Shown here: piece after piece, positions 20,397 to 30,393 of the stretch
How the letters are laid out: each line of letters starts with the position of its first letter
Position numbering within the stretch: position 1 is the first letter of the stretch
Assembly (NCBI GenBank): GCA_038231275.1
Contig: JBBRLQ010000014.1
Coordinates: forward strand, 64,001 to 128,000
Reading direction: 5' to 3'
DNA: 64,000 bases
From: Polyangiales bacterium
GTDB taxonomy: Bacteria; Myxococcota_A; Polyangia; Polyangiales; Polyangiaceae
Program-made: the position numbers and the translations under genes
Notes under the pieces: model-generated
The model's input: the letters and a program-made list of their open reading frames with translations, nothing else
What the model was told of the DNA's origin: nothing
The model's database searches: none

Positions 20397-20747
20397 TTAC
20401 TTCTTCTTCGCGGTGTTGCTGATGCCGGTGCCCGCGTCGGCCGTCGCGACGGCGCCGCCTGCGTCGGTCGTCGTGGTCGCAGCGCCCGCATCCGTGGCCG
20501 TCGGGGTCGGGGTCGGGGTCGGCGCCGGAGCGACCGGATCCTGCCGGTTCGGGTTGAAGAAGCCGCGCTGCTTGGTCTCGAGCGGAGCCGTCGTCGGAGC
20601 GGTGCCTGGTGCCGGAGCCGGAGGCGGGACCACACCGGGCGCCGCGCCGTTCCCTGGCGTCGCGGGCTCCTTGCCGTCGTTCATGTGGACCTCGCAGGCA
20701 ACGACCATCGCGAGAAGTGCCCCGAACCCGAGAAGATGAACGCGCAT
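20397..20747 (-). CDS. Small Pro/Thr-rich lipoprotein
   Basis: MRVHLLGFGALLAMVVAC lipobox; PTPTPT and DAG low-complexity segments. Confidence 0.65.
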   Translation of the reverse strand: MRVHLLGFGALLAMVVACEVHMNDGKEPATPGNGAAPGVVPPPAPAPGTAPTTAPLETKQRGFFNPNRQDPVAPAPTPTPTPTATDAGAATTTTDAGGAVATADAGTGISNTAKKK

Positions 20748-20826
20748 GCAAGAACCTCCAGGTGCCGTTTTGAAATGCCCCCGTTGGACGGAGGCGACGC
20801 AAATTCCAATCAAACCCTACGAAACA

Positions 20827-21507
20827 TCAGTCAAAATCTTCGATTTTCCAGAGTCCACGCTCACGGACGAGCTGGAGGGTGCCGGCGCCGTACGGCATCG
20901 TCGCACGCTCTCCGGTCTCTTCGATCGTGGCGGTCGGGAGCGCTTGTTTCAGAGCGCTGAGGACCTGATCCATCTCTTCTTTGTCGTGCCCCTCCCACGC
21001 CCCTTTGAGCTTGGCGGCGTCGAGGCCTTCCTTGTGGCCATCGGGCACGTAGCGGAGCACCACGTCGTAGCGCTTTCGCTCGAGCGCGCGGACGAAGCCT
21101 TGCACCGCGTGGCGCGGCGAGTCCTGCGCGTACAGGTCGATCGCGGTCGCTTCGACGCGCCAGGCGCCGCTCTCGAGGACGAGCTGGAGCTCTTGCCCGT
21201 TGGGGCCTGTCACCGTCGCGGTCACGACCGGCGGAGCGGTGGGGCGCGCGAGGGAGCGGCCGATCTCTTTGACCTCCTCGGGGCTGTCCTTGACGAGGCG
21301 CCGGAACGCTTCGAGCGAGATGCCGCGCCGCGCTTCGTCGCTGAGCATGCGGTACGCGTCCTCGGCGCGGCCGTCTTCGAGCGCCTTCGCGTACGCCTTG
21401 AGCACGCTCGACGGATCATCCGCGGTGCGCTGACCGCCGCCGCACGCCGCGAGCGCCGTGGCGGCGACGAGCGAGATGGCGAGCATCCTGGGGCGAAGCC
21501 GGAGCAT
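20827..21507 (-). CDS. Hypothetical lipoprotein with two NTF2-like halves
   Basis: Lipobox LAAC; duplicated pattern P..(V)..(Y/F)..ALE and LV.E.G.W(R/K)(V/I)E. Start uncertain (21507 or 21486). Confidence 0.75.
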   Translation of the reverse strand: MLRLRPRMLAISLVAATALAACGGGQRTADDPSSVLKAYAKALEDGRAEDAYRMLSDEARRGISLEAFRRLVKDSPEEVKEIGRSLARPTAPPVVTATVTGPNGQELQLVLESGAWRVEATAIDLYAQDSPRHAVQGFVRALERKRYDVVLRYVPDGHKEGLDAAKLKGAWEGHDKEEMDQVLSALKQALPTATIEETGERATMPYGAGTLQLVRERGLWKIEDFD

Positions 21508-21544
21508 TTCGCGCCGATTGGTACCACGGACGCGGTGCGTTTCG

Positions 21545-21973
21545 CTAGAACTGCACGGCCGCGGGGGCGCGGAAGAGGGGATGCGCGTCGTCGACCCCGC
21601 GTACGAGCAGATCCACGCCCCACGCGATGACCAGGCCCGACGCGGTGCCGATGACGTCCCACGCGAAGTCGCGCCACGACGGATCTCCGTGGCCAAGCGC
21701 GTCCCAACCCTCTTTCGCCGCCCCGACGCCGATCGCCACGCCCGCGCCGATCGCGAGCGCCGACCAGCGCGTGCGCGCGGCGCTGTGGTTCACGGCGATC
21801 ACGTACGTCTCTGCGGCGATGCCGCCGGTGACCACGAAGTGCTCGAATTTGTCCCGACCGAGCCACGGGTCGTCGTCGGCAGCGATCGCGCGCGACGGCG
21901 TGATCGCGCACGCGCAGGCGACGGCGGCGGCGATCGTGGTAGAGGCAAGGCGATGCCGTTCGCGACCGGGCAT
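21545..21973 (-). CDS. YfiM-like small membrane protein
   Basis: DPWLGRDKFEHF, GAAKEGWD and SWRDFAWD motifs. Start uncertain; overlaps the divergent hydrolase start by about 20 nt. Confidence 0.7.
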   Translation of the reverse strand: MPGRERHRLASTTIAAAVACACAITPSRAIAADDDPWLGRDKFEHFVVTGGIAAETYVIAVNHSAARTRWSALAIGAGVAIGVGAAKEGWDALGHGDPSWRDFAWDVIGTASGLVIAWGVDLLVRGVDDAHPLFRAPAAVQF

Positions 21974-22804
21974 GGTGGCGCCCAGATCTACTACGAGACC
22001 GTGGGCGAGCGGGGGCCGTGGGTGGTCCTCATCCAGGGGCTCGGCCTCTCGTCGCGTTTTTGGTTCCAGATCCCGAAGCTCCTCGCCGGCGACGCCGCGC
22101 ACGAGCACCGCGTGATCGTCCTCGACAACCGCGGCACCGGGCGAAGCGCCAGGCCGCGCGGCCCGTATCGAATGGCGCACATGGCCGACGACGTCGCCGC
22201 CGTGATCCGCGCGGCCGGAGTCGACGGGGCGATCGTCTGCGGCATCTCGATGGGCGGGATGATCGCGCAAGAGGTCGCGCTGCGTCACCCACGCCTCACG
22301 CGCGGCCTCGTGCTCCTCGCGACGTGGGCGGGGATGCCGCACGTGCAGCTCCCGAGCCCGTCGGCGCTGGCGATGTTGGTGTCGGTGCCGTTCCGTCCTC
22401 AGAAATCGCGAGGGCGGGCGCTCGCGCGGGTTCTCTTGCCGCGCGCGCAGGTCGGCAACGCGCGCGAGCTCATGGGCCACTGGCCGGCGGCGCTGGCCGC
22501 AGATCCGACGAGCCTCACGAGCTTCTTCTCGCAGCTCGCCGCCGCGTCGCTCCACACCACGGGATTTCGGCTGAAGCGCATCGCGTGCCCCACCGTGGTC
22601 GTCTGCGGCGAGGAGGACGCGATCATGCGTTGTGGCAACGCCAAGATCCTCGCATCGCGCATCCCCGGCGCAAGGCTCGAGATCCTGCCAGGCGTCGCGC
22701 ACGGCATTCCGATGATGGACGAGCGCGCGATCGTCCGCGCCGTCGCGTCGATCAGCACTTCCAGGCGTGACCCTCACAACGGCACAGAGGAACGCCGCTC
22801 GTGA
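21953..22804 (+). CDS. Alpha/beta hydrolase (3-oxoadipate enol-lactonase-like)
   Basis: DNRGTGRS, nucleophile GISMGG, GEEDAI, GVAH. Confidence 0.9.
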   Translation: MPFATGHGGAQIYYETVGERGPWVVLIQGLGLSSRFWFQIPKLLAGDAAHEHRVIVLDNRGTGRSARPRGPYRMAHMADDVAAVIRAAGVDGAIVCGISMGGMIAQEVALRHPRLTRGLVLLATWAGMPHVQLPSPSALAMLVSVPFRPQKSRGRALARVLLPRAQVGNARELMGHWPAALAADPTSLTSFFSQLAAASLHTTGFRLKRIACPTVVVCGEEDAIMRCGNAKILASRIPGARLEILPGVAHGIPMMDERAIVRAVASISTSRRDPHNGTEERRS

Positions 22805-23219
22805 AGCACGCGCTCGCGCTCGCGGGCAGGCACGTCGACGACTCGAGGTAGCACGCGCCCTCCGCCTCGACGCCCTCGTCGGGGCAGTCGGGGTACGGAT
22901 CGTAGCCCTTCGGCGCAGCGGAATCGCACGTCCACGCGCCGCCATCACACCGGCACGTTCCGAAGAGAAGGTTGGGCGACGGGCACGCGGTGGCGGCGTC
23001 GCATGCGCGGCCGGGGCGAACTCCTGCGGGCGCCGGGCACGCAGCGACGCGCCCCTGGTCGACGAGGGTGCCAGAGCACCCGCGCGCCGTTCGTGCGGCG
23101 CTCGTCTGTTGCGGAGCGGGCTCCGAGGCCACGGCTCCACTGCTGCACGCGGTGGCCAAAACGGCCGAGCCAGACATCGAGAAGAAGATGAATAAGCGAA
23201 GGAGGCTAATTGGCTGCAT
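22752..23219 (-). CDS. Small Cys-rich lipoprotein
   Basis: Lipobox ATAC; two CRCxGxxWxC repeats; tail-to-tail overlap with the hydrolase gene. Confidence 0.65.
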   Translation of the reverse strand: MQPISLLRLFIFFSMSGSAVLATACSSGAVASEPAPQQTSAARTARGCSGTLVDQGRVAACPAPAGVRPGRACDAATACPSPNLLFGTCRCDGGAWTCDSAAPKGYDPYPDCPDEGVEAEGACYLESSTCLPASASACFTSGVPLCRCEGHAWKC

Positions 23220-23487
23220 CGTGAGACCGACGAGGATGGGTAGAGCAACGTCCGCGCCACGTCGGCGGCGTTCAGCAAATCCGGCCCTTTGGGGTCAGCG
23301 CGCACACGGATGAGCGTCACGCGCGCCGTCGCTCCATGACGCAGCGATCGCGGTGCGCCGAGCGGCTCGGCTCGGGAAAATCCAGCTCGTCCGCCGGCCG
23401 CGCACGAGCCTACGCGCCTCGAGTTGACCGCCGCTCCGGTCAACGACTTCCGCTCTCTAGGGCCTTCGACGGTGATATACCGACAAC

Positions 23488-25887
23488 GTGAGCCCCGAGT
23501 CTTCCCGGTCCGGCGAGCGCGAGCATGAGACGCTCCCCATCCTGCCGCTCAGAAACAGCGTGGTGTTCCCCGCGAGCGTCGTCCCCATCAACGTCGGCCG
23601 CGCGCGCAGCGTTCGCCTCGTCGAGGATCTGCTCGGCCAGGACCGCGCCGTCGTGGGCATCGTCAGCCAGAAGGACGCAGAGATCGACGAGCCGGGCTTC
23701 GAGGACCTCTACGACGTCGGCACCGTCGCGCGCGTCGTGAAGGTGATTCGCCTCGGCCCGTCGAACTACTCGGTCGTCCTCCACGGCCTGTCGCGCCTCA
23801 AGCTGAACGGCATCGCGTCGCTCGAGCCGTACATGCGCGCCAACGTGAAGCGCGTGCCCGAGGATCTGGAGCGCGACGTCGAGCTCGACGCCCTCGGCGC
23901 GGCGCTGCGCGCGTCGACGCGCGAGGTGCTCCAACTGATGCCGAGCCTCCCCAAGGAGACGGGGCACGTCCTCGACAACGTCCGCGAGGCGGGCGCGCTC
24001 GCCGATCTGATCGCCTCGAACCTGCCGATGGAGCAGGCGAGCGTCAGCGACAAGCAGAAGATCCTGGAGACGTTCGACGCGAAGGCCCGCGTGCGCCTCG
24101 TGTCGGCGATCATCGGCAAGCAGCTCGAGATGCTGCGCGTGAAAAAAGAGATCAGCACGATGGTCGCCGACGAGGGCCGATCGCAGCGCGAGCTCATCTT
24201 GCGCCAGCAGATGCGCAGCATCAAAGAGGAGCTCGGCGAAGGCGGCGAGGACGACGAGGTGGAGGAGCTCCGCGAGCGCCTGCGCCTCGCCCAGCTCCCC
24301 GAGGACGCCGCGAAGATCGCCAAGAAGCAGCTCTCGCGCCTCGCCGGGATGCAGCAGCAGTCGGCGGAGTTCAACGTCACGCGCACGTACCTCGAGTGGC
24401 TGAGCGATCTGCCGTGGAGCAAGACCACCAACGACAAGCTCGATCCGAAGGACTGCCGCCGCTGCCTCGACGAAGATCACTTCGGCCTCGAGAAGGTGAA
24501 GAAGCGCATCGTCGAGTACATGGCGGTCCGCAAGCTGCGCGCCGACAAGAAGGGGCCGATCCTCTGCTTCGTCGGTCCCCCCGGCGTCGGCAAGACGTCG
24601 CTCGGCCGCTCGATCGCGCGCTCGATGGGGCGCCGCTACCACCGCATCGCGCTCGGCGGCGTCCGTGACGAAGCGGAGGTTCGCGGCCACCGGCGCACGT
24701 ACGTCGGCGCGCTCCCGGGCCGGATCATCCAGGGCCTGAAGAAGGTCGGCACGCGCAATCCCGTCTTGGTCTTGGACGAGATCGACAAGCTCGGCGTCGA
24801 CGTCATGGGAGATCCCGCCGCCGCCCTCCTCGAGGTGCTCGATCCCGCACAAAACAGCACGTTTCAGGATCACTACATCGACACGCCGTTCGATCTCTCG
24901 AACGTGACGTTCCTTGCTACCGCGAACAACCCCGAGACGATCCCCGGTCCGCTGTGGGACCGCCTCGAGGTCATCGAGGTTCCGGGCTACACGCGGATGG
25001 AGAAGAAGAACATCGCGCGCGAGTTCCTCTGCCCGAAGCAGCTCTCCGCGCACGGCCTCACCGACGAGCGTATCGATTTCACGGACGACGGCATCGTCGC
25101 GCTCATCGAGAGCTACACACGCGAAGCGGGCGTCCGCGGCCTCGAGCGCGAGATCGGCAGCGTGTGCCGCCACGTCGCAATGCGCCTCGCCGAAGGGGAG
25201 GACGTGCGTATCGCAGCCGACGCCGCGACGGTGGAGAAGATCCTCGGCGCGCCGCGCTACACGCCCGATCTCGCCGAGCGCACGAGCTCGCCGGGCGTCG
25301 CGACGGGCCTCGCGTGGACGCCGTCGGGCGGCGACATCTTGTTCATCGAAGCGAGCAAGATGCCCGGCAAGGGCGCGGTCGTCATCACTGGCAACCTGAA
25401 GAGCGTCATGCAGGAGTCGGCGGCCACCGCGGTCTCCTTCGTCCGCAGCAAGACGGCGCAGCTCCACCTCGACCCCGAGTTCTTGAAGAGCATCGATCTC
25501 CACCTGCACGTGCCGAAGGGCGGCACGCCGAAGGATGGCCCGTCGGCCGGCGTGACGATGTTCACCGCCGTCGCGTCGCTCCTCTTGAACGCGCCGGTGA
25601 AGCGCGAGGTGGCGATGACCGGAGAGATCACGCTCCGCGGCAACGTGCTGCCGGTCGGCGGGATCAAGGAGAAGCTCCTCGCCGCCCACCGCGCTGGCAT
25701 CAAAGAGGTGCTCCTGCCGTTTCGCAACGAGAAGGATCTCGAGGACGTCCCGAAGGACGTGCTCGCGGAGCTGAAGATCCACTTCATCAAGCGCATGGAT
25801 GAGATCCTCCCGCTGGTCCTCGAGGCGCCGGCGCCGACCGAGGAGCCGCCGAGCATTCCTCCGCCGCAAGCGGCCCCGCCGGCCTGA
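23488..25887 (+). CDS. lon: ATP-dependent Lon protease
   Basis: [11 protein letters not shown]-domain, [18 protein letters not shown], catalytic PKDGPSAG and GGIKEK. Confidence 0.97.
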   Translation: MSPESSRSGEREHETLPILPLRNSVVFPASVVPINVGRARSVRLVEDLLGQDRAVVGIVSQKDAEIDEPGFEDLYDVGTVARVVKVIRLGPSNYSVVLHGLSRLKLNGIASLEPYMRANVKRVPEDLERDVELDALGAALRASTREVLQLMPSLPKETGHVLDNVREAGALADLIASNLPMEQASVSDKQKILETFDAKARVRLVSAIIGKQLEMLRVKKEISTMVADEGRSQRELILRQQMRSIKEELGEGGEDDEVEELRERLRLAQLPEDAAKIAKKQLSRLAGMQQQSAEFNVTRTYLEWLSDLPWSKTTNDKLDPKDCRRCLDEDHFGLEKVKKRIVEYMAVRKLRADKKGPILCFVGPPGVGKTSLGRSIARSMGRRYHRIALGGVRDEAEVRGHRRTYVGALPGRIIQGLKKVGTRNPVLVLDEIDKLGVDVMGDPAAALLEVLDPAQNSTFQDHYIDTPFDLSNVTFLATANNPETIPGPLWDRLEVIEVPGYTRMEKKNIAREFLCPKQLSAHGLTDERIDFTDDGIVALIESYTREAGVRGLEREIGSVCRHVAMRLAEGEDVRIAADAATVEKILGAPRYTPDLAERTSSPGVATGLAWTPSGGDILFIEASKMPGKGAVVITGNLKSVMQESAATAVSFVRSKTAQLHLDPEFLKSIDLHLHVPKGGTPKDGPSAGVTMFTAVASLLLNAPVKREVAMTGEITLRGNVLPVGGIKEKLLAAHRAGIKEVLLPFRNEKDLEDVPKDVLAELKIHFIKRMDEILPLVLEAPAPTEEPPSIPPPQAAPPA

Positions 25888-25904
25888 GCCGACGGAGGAC
25901 AGGG

Positions 25905-28184
25905 GTGCGCGCGAGCCGGCCGCAGAAGATCGCCGCGGCGTTCGTCGCCGTCGCGATGGGCGCGATTGGCTTTTTGCCGCTGTTCGGCGGGCCTGGATAC
26001 GAGCACGCGCTGGCGACGGGCCTCCTCGTCCCGAGCGCGGCGGCGATCGGCGTCGCGCTCGACGGCGTTCGGGATCGGAAGCGCTCCCCGCTCGCCGCGG
26101 TCTTCGGCGGCGCGGTCTTCGGCGGCGTCCTGGCGCTCGTGTCGCTCGCCACGGCGCTGCTCCATGGCCTCCGCGTCGGCGTGTGCGATCTTCCAGGCGG
26201 CGTCGCCACGTTCGCGTTGACCGGCGGGCTCGGCTCGGTCGCGGGTGGCGTGTGGGGGGCGATCGCCGGCGAGAGCGCCGCGGGCCGTCGCAACCCCCGC
26301 CTCGCCGCGGTGCTCGTCGCCCTCGCGGGGCCGCTCGCCACGATCGCGCTCGGCGTGTGGCGCTTCTACGCGACGCCCATCGTCTTCGCGTTCGATCCGT
26401 TCGTCGGCTACTTCAGCGGCACTCTCTACGACACGGTGATCGACGCCGGAACGCCGCTCTTCACGTACCGCGCGGGGACGCTCGCCGCGATCGGCGCCGT
26501 GATGCTCGGCGCGTCGGTCCTCGTGCGTGACGGCGCCCGCCTCCGGGTCGCGCGCGCGCGTCCTGCCGATCGTGCACGCGCGGTCGCGGCGTTGGTGCTC
26601 ACGATCGGGGCGTTCGGCGTCGCGGGCTCAGGCCATGCGCTCGGTCATTGGCAGTCGAGCGAGTCGATCGCCGAGGCGCTCGGCGGCGCGCGTGACGGCG
26701 CGCGGTGCCAGGTGAAATTCCCGCTCGGGATGCGCGATGACGAGGTCGACCTACTCGTGAAGGACTGCGAGGACGACCTCGCGAGCGTGGAGGCGGCGCT
26801 CGGCGGGCGTGGTCCGGCGAAGGTCACGGCGTTCTTCTTCCGCGACGCCGGCGAGAAGAAGCGACTGATGGGGGCGGCCGACACGTACATCGCCAAGCCG
26901 TGGCGAAAGGAGGTCTACCTCCAGGTGCACGCGTACCCGCACCCGGTGCTCGCGCACGAGCTCGCGCACGTCGTAGCCGGGAGCTTCGCGCCGGGGCCCT
27001 TTCACGTCGCCGGCGAGTGGGGCGGCGCGTGGCCGAACCCGGGCCTCATCGAGGGCATCGCCGTCGCCGCCGCGCCTGACGACGACGACTTGACCGACGC
27101 GCAGTGGGCGCGCGCGATGATGGATCGAGGCATTCTCCCGGAGATTCGCGCCGTCTTCGGCATCGGCTTCCTCGGCGCCTCGGCGGCGAAGAGCTACACG
27201 GTGGCCGGCGCGTTCGTCTCGTGGATGCTCTCGACCTACGGCAAGGACGCGGTGCGCGCGTGGTATGGCGGCGCATCCATCGAGTCCGCGACGAAGGCCA
27301 CGTGGGGAGAGCTCGACGCGGCGTTCCGCAAGGAGCTTGCAACCTACACGCTTTCTCCGGAGGCCGGCGCGGTGGCGGAGGCCAAATTTGGTCGGCCCGG
27401 TCTCTTCGGCCGAAGGTGCCCGCACGTCGTCGACGCGATCCGCCGCGAGGCCGATGGCTGTCGCGAGCAGGGGCAATACGACAAGGCGCTCGCGACGTAC
27501 GCGCGCGCGCTCGACCGCGACCCGCATGACTTGCCGTCGCGCCTCGCGCAGGCCGGCACCGAGCTGCGCTTTCGCGACGCGGAGACGGGGCGTGCGGCGC
27601 TGGAGGCGATCGCGGCCGACGCGACGCTGCCTCGGACCACGCGCGATCGGGCGGAGGACACCCTCGCCGACGTCGACTACCTCGATGGCCGCTTCGAAGA
27701 GGCGGCGTCGCGCTACGAGAAGATCGCCGCGCGCGTGCTCGACGAGGACTTTGCACGAAATCTGCTGGTCAAGGCGGCGGGCGCGCGCGATCCCGCGGCG
27801 CAGGTGGCGGTGAAAGCGCTCTTGCTGGGGGAGCGGAAGCGACCGAGCGATCCGTTCGTCGGCGCGGAGGAGCTCGGCGCGTGGAGCGCCGCGACGCACG
27901 ATCCGCTCGCCGACTACTTGCTCGGCAAGAACCTGGCGCAGCGCGGATTCTTCGGGCGCGCCGCCAAGCACCTCGATCGCGCGCTCGACGCGGGCCTCGG
28001 CTTGCCGGCGACTGCGCGCGAAGCGCTCCGGCAACGCGTCGTGTGCGCGTGCGCGATGGGTGACCTTCCGGCGCTCGCCCGCGCGCGCGCGGCCGTGACC
28101 GATCCGGAGGGCGCGTTCAAGGGGACCGCGGGAGGGCGTCGCGCGCAGACGCTCGCGCAAGCGTCACGGTGCGGTCCACGATGA
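25905..28184 (+). CDS. Multi-TM membrane protein with a HExxH (peptidase MA-like) domain and C-terminal TPRs
   Basis: About 6 N-terminal TM segments, HELAH...EGIA gluzincin-type motif, TPR-like helices (YDKALATYARAL). Confidence 0.75.
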   Translation: MRASRPQKIAAAFVAVAMGAIGFLPLFGGPGYEHALATGLLVPSAAAIGVALDGVRDRKRSPLAAVFGGAVFGGVLALVSLATALLHGLRVGVCDLPGGVATFALTGGLGSVAGGVWGAIAGESAAGRRNPRLAAVLVALAGPLATIALGVWRFYATPIVFAFDPFVGYFSGTLYDTVIDAGTPLFTYRAGTLAAIGAVMLGASVLVRDGARLRVARARPADRARAVAALVLTIGAFGVAGSGHALGHWQSSESIAEALGGARDGARCQVKFPLGMRDDEVDLLVKDCEDDLASVEAALGGRGPAKVTAFFFRDAGEKKRLMGAADTYIAKPWRKEVYLQVHAYPHPVLAHELAHVVAGSFAPGPFHVAGEWGGAWPNPGLIEGIAVAAAPDDDDLTDAQWARAMMDRGILPEIRAVFGIGFLGASAAKSYTVAGAFVSWMLSTYGKDAVRAWYGGASIESATKATWGELDAAFRKELATYTLSPEAGAVAEAKFGRPGLFGRRCPHVVDAIRREADGCREQGQYDKALATYARALDRDPHDLPSRLAQAGTELRFRDAETGRAALEAIAADATLPRTTRDRAEDTLADVDYLDGRFEEAASRYEKIAARVLDEDFARNLLVKAAGARDPAAQVAVKALLLGERKRPSDPFVGAEELGAWSAATHDPLADYLLGKNLAQRGFFGRAAKHLDRALDAGLGLPATAREALRQRVVCACAMGDLPALARARAAVTDPEGAFKGTAGGRRAQTLAQASRCGPR

Positions 28185-29461
28185 CGACGCCGATGCCGAC
28201 GCCGATGCCCATGCCGACGCCGACCCCGATGTCGGCGCGCAGCCGGCTCACCGCCGACGAGCTCGCCGAGTACATCGTCGAGATCGGCGGCACCCTCATC
28301 GCCTACGGCTGCCCGTCGTACCGCCTCGAGGAGGTGATCCGCGCCGTGGCGCGCAGCGACGGCTTCGAGGCCGAGGCCTTGGCGATCCCGACTGGCCTCT
28401 TCATCGAGCTGCGCGGTCGCGGTTTACCTGCGCCGATCAGCCGGATGGTGCGGGTGAAAGAGTGGGGCGTAGACCTCGATCGATTGACCCGCGTGGACGA
28501 GATTTTCAACGAGGTCGCCGACGACAAGATCACCATCCAGGCCGGTCGAGAACGCCTGCGCGCGCTCAAGATGGAGCCGCCGCGCTATCCGCTCTTTCTC
28601 AAGTACGTGGCGACGGCGCTCGTGTCGGCGTCCGCTGCGGTGTTTTTTCGTGGACGGCCCGGCGAGATCGCGACGGCCGCGGGCATCGGCGTGGTGATCG
28701 CTCTCCTCGGCAGCCTCCTCTCCAAGAACCCCTCGGGCCGCTTCCTCGTCGAGCTCCTCGGCAGCTTCACCGCCGCGACCGCCGCGTGGATCGTGACGCG
28801 CATCGATCCGACCCTGTCGCGCGAGGTCCTCGTCCTGTCAGGAATCATGACGCTGGTGCCCGGGATGACGCTCACGACGGGCCTCGCCGAGCTCGCGCGC
28901 AAGAACCTCGTCTCCGGAAGCGCGCGCCTGATGGAGGCGTTCGCGGCGTTTCTCCTCATCATCTTCGGGATCGCGCTGGCGTTGGGGATCGAGAAGGTCT
29001 CCGCCGGCAAGCTCCCCGACGTTCACGCCCGCGCCGGGATGACGTTCGAGGTCCAGGTCCTCGCCGTCTTCGGCGCGGCGCTGGCGTTCGCGGTGCTGTT
29101 CAACGTCCCGCGTCGCTACGTGTGGTCGGCGGTCGCCTCTGCGGGGATCGGGTGGATCACGACAGGCCTCGGCACGCGCTATCTCCCCGGTCAGGTCGCT
29201 GCGTTCGCCGCGGCGCTCGCGATCTGCATCTTCTCGAACCTCGCCGCGCGTATCACGCAGCGCCCTGCGCAGCTCTTCCAGCTCCCCGGCATGACGCTCC
29301 TCGTGCCCGGCAGCTTCGGCTTCTTGAGCCTCGAGGCCTTCCTGCGTGGCGAGCTTGCGGGCGGCGCGACGAAGGCGTTCGAGATGCTGCTCATCGCCGG
29401 TGGTCTCGTCGCGGGCATCCTGTTCTCGAACGTCATCCTCCCGGCGAAGAAGCTACTTTGA
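28181..29461 (+). CDS. Threonine/serine exporter family (ThrE) protein
   Basis: G..L..YG....R.E motif, LVPG motifs, ELARKNLVSGSARL, about 10 TM segments; ATGA overlap with the upstream gene. Confidence 0.9.
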   Translation: MTTPMPTPMPMPTPTPMSARSRLTADELAEYIVEIGGTLIAYGCPSYRLEEVIRAVARSDGFEAEALAIPTGLFIELRGRGLPAPISRMVRVKEWGVDLDRLTRVDEIFNEVADDKITIQAGRERLRALKMEPPRYPLFLKYVATALVSASAAVFFRGRPGEIATAAGIGVVIALLGSLLSKNPSGRFLVELLGSFTAATAAWIVTRIDPTLSREVLVLSGIMTLVPGMTLTTGLAELARKNLVSGSARLMEAFAAFLLIIFGIALALGIEKVSAGKLPDVHARAGMTFEVQVLAVFGAALAFAVLFNVPRRYVWSAVASAGIGWITTGLGTRYLPGQVAAFAAALAICIFSNLAARITQRPAQLFQLPGMTLLVPGSFGFLSLEAFLRGELAGGATKAFEMLLIAGGLVAGILFSNVILPAKKLL

Positions 29462-30391
29462 CGCGTCGCGCGCGCAGCGGAAGCCGTTGTTGTTGAACGG
29501 CGCCTCGGGATCGGCCTTGCCGCGGTAGTGGAGGCCGTTGCCCTCGCAGGTGCACACGCCGCACCACCAGGAGCCGCCGCGCAGCACGCGCTTTTCGCCG
29601 GAGGACGGGCCTTGCGGATCGCGCGCCGGGGCCTCGCGCGCGAGCGTGGCGTACGTGTCGGTCGCGTACCTATCGGAGGTCCACTGCCAGACGTTGCCGA
29701 CGGGATCGTAGAGCCCCCACGCGTTCGGCGGATACGCGCGCACCGGCGAGACGTAGACCCAACCGTCGTCGCGGAGGTTCTTCGCGTGCGAGGTGCCCTG
29801 CCAGAAGTTGAGCGCGAGGCGGCCGTCGCGCGTAGGCGCCGCGCCCCACGGGTAGCGCGTGCCGTCTGCGCCGGCGCGCATCGCGTACTCCCACTCGGCC
29901 TCGGTCGGCAGGCGCGCGCCACGGTGCGCGCAGAAGGCCGTCGCGTCGCGAAAGCTCACCATCACCACTGGCGCGTCGTCGCGCAGGAACGACGCGGTAT
30001 CTGCATCGGACGCGTCCTTCTCCGCGAATGGCCTTCGCCACGACGCGCCGGGCGCGCGCTCCCACTCCCAGTCGCGCATGCCCTCGCGCGCGACGACGCC
30101 GTAGCCGAGGTCGTCGGCGCTCGTGCGGTAGCCGGTAGCGGCGACGAATCGCCCGAACGCTGCGCGCGTCACCAGCGTTGGATCCATGTAGAATGCATGC
30201 ACGAGGACCTCGTGGGCCGGGGATTCGTCGGGCCTTCCGCCTTCGCGCCCCCGTACGAATCGGCCGCCCGGGATCGAAGCCATCGCGACCGTTGCGGACT
30301 CCGCCGGCGTCACGAGGCGAGGCGTCACCCCCTGCGGTCGCGGCGCTGGAGCGCACGAGATCGCGAGGAGGAGAGCGAGTGCGGCGCGCAT
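29453..30391 (-). CDS. Formylglycine-generating enzyme (FGE/SUMF1) family lipoprotein
   Basis: RLPTEAEWEYA, PNAWGLYD, GNVWQW, RGGSWWCGVCTC, GFRC; lipobox AISC. Confidence 0.9.
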   Translation of the reverse strand: MRAALALLLAISCAPAPRPQGVTPRLVTPAESATVAMASIPGGRFVRGREGGRPDESPAHEVLVHAFYMDPTLVTRAAFGRFVAATGYRTSADDLGYGVVAREGMRDWEWERAPGASWRRPFAEKDASDADTASFLRDDAPVVMVSFRDATAFCAHRGARLPTEAEWEYAMRAGADGTRYPWGAAPTRDGRLALNFWQGTSHAKNLRDDGWVYVSPVRAYPPNAWGLYDPVGNVWQWTSDRYATDTYATLAREAPARDPQGPSSGEKRVLRGGSWWCGVCTCEGNGLHYRGKADPEAPFNNNGFRCARDASK

Positions 30392-30393
30392 CG

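Noticed and set aside
16805..25869. Long Arg/Ala-rich antisense or alternate-frame ORFs (e.g. 16805-19486, 23440-25869)
   Set aside because: Expected in high-GC DNA opposite genes with strong codon bias; no motifs.
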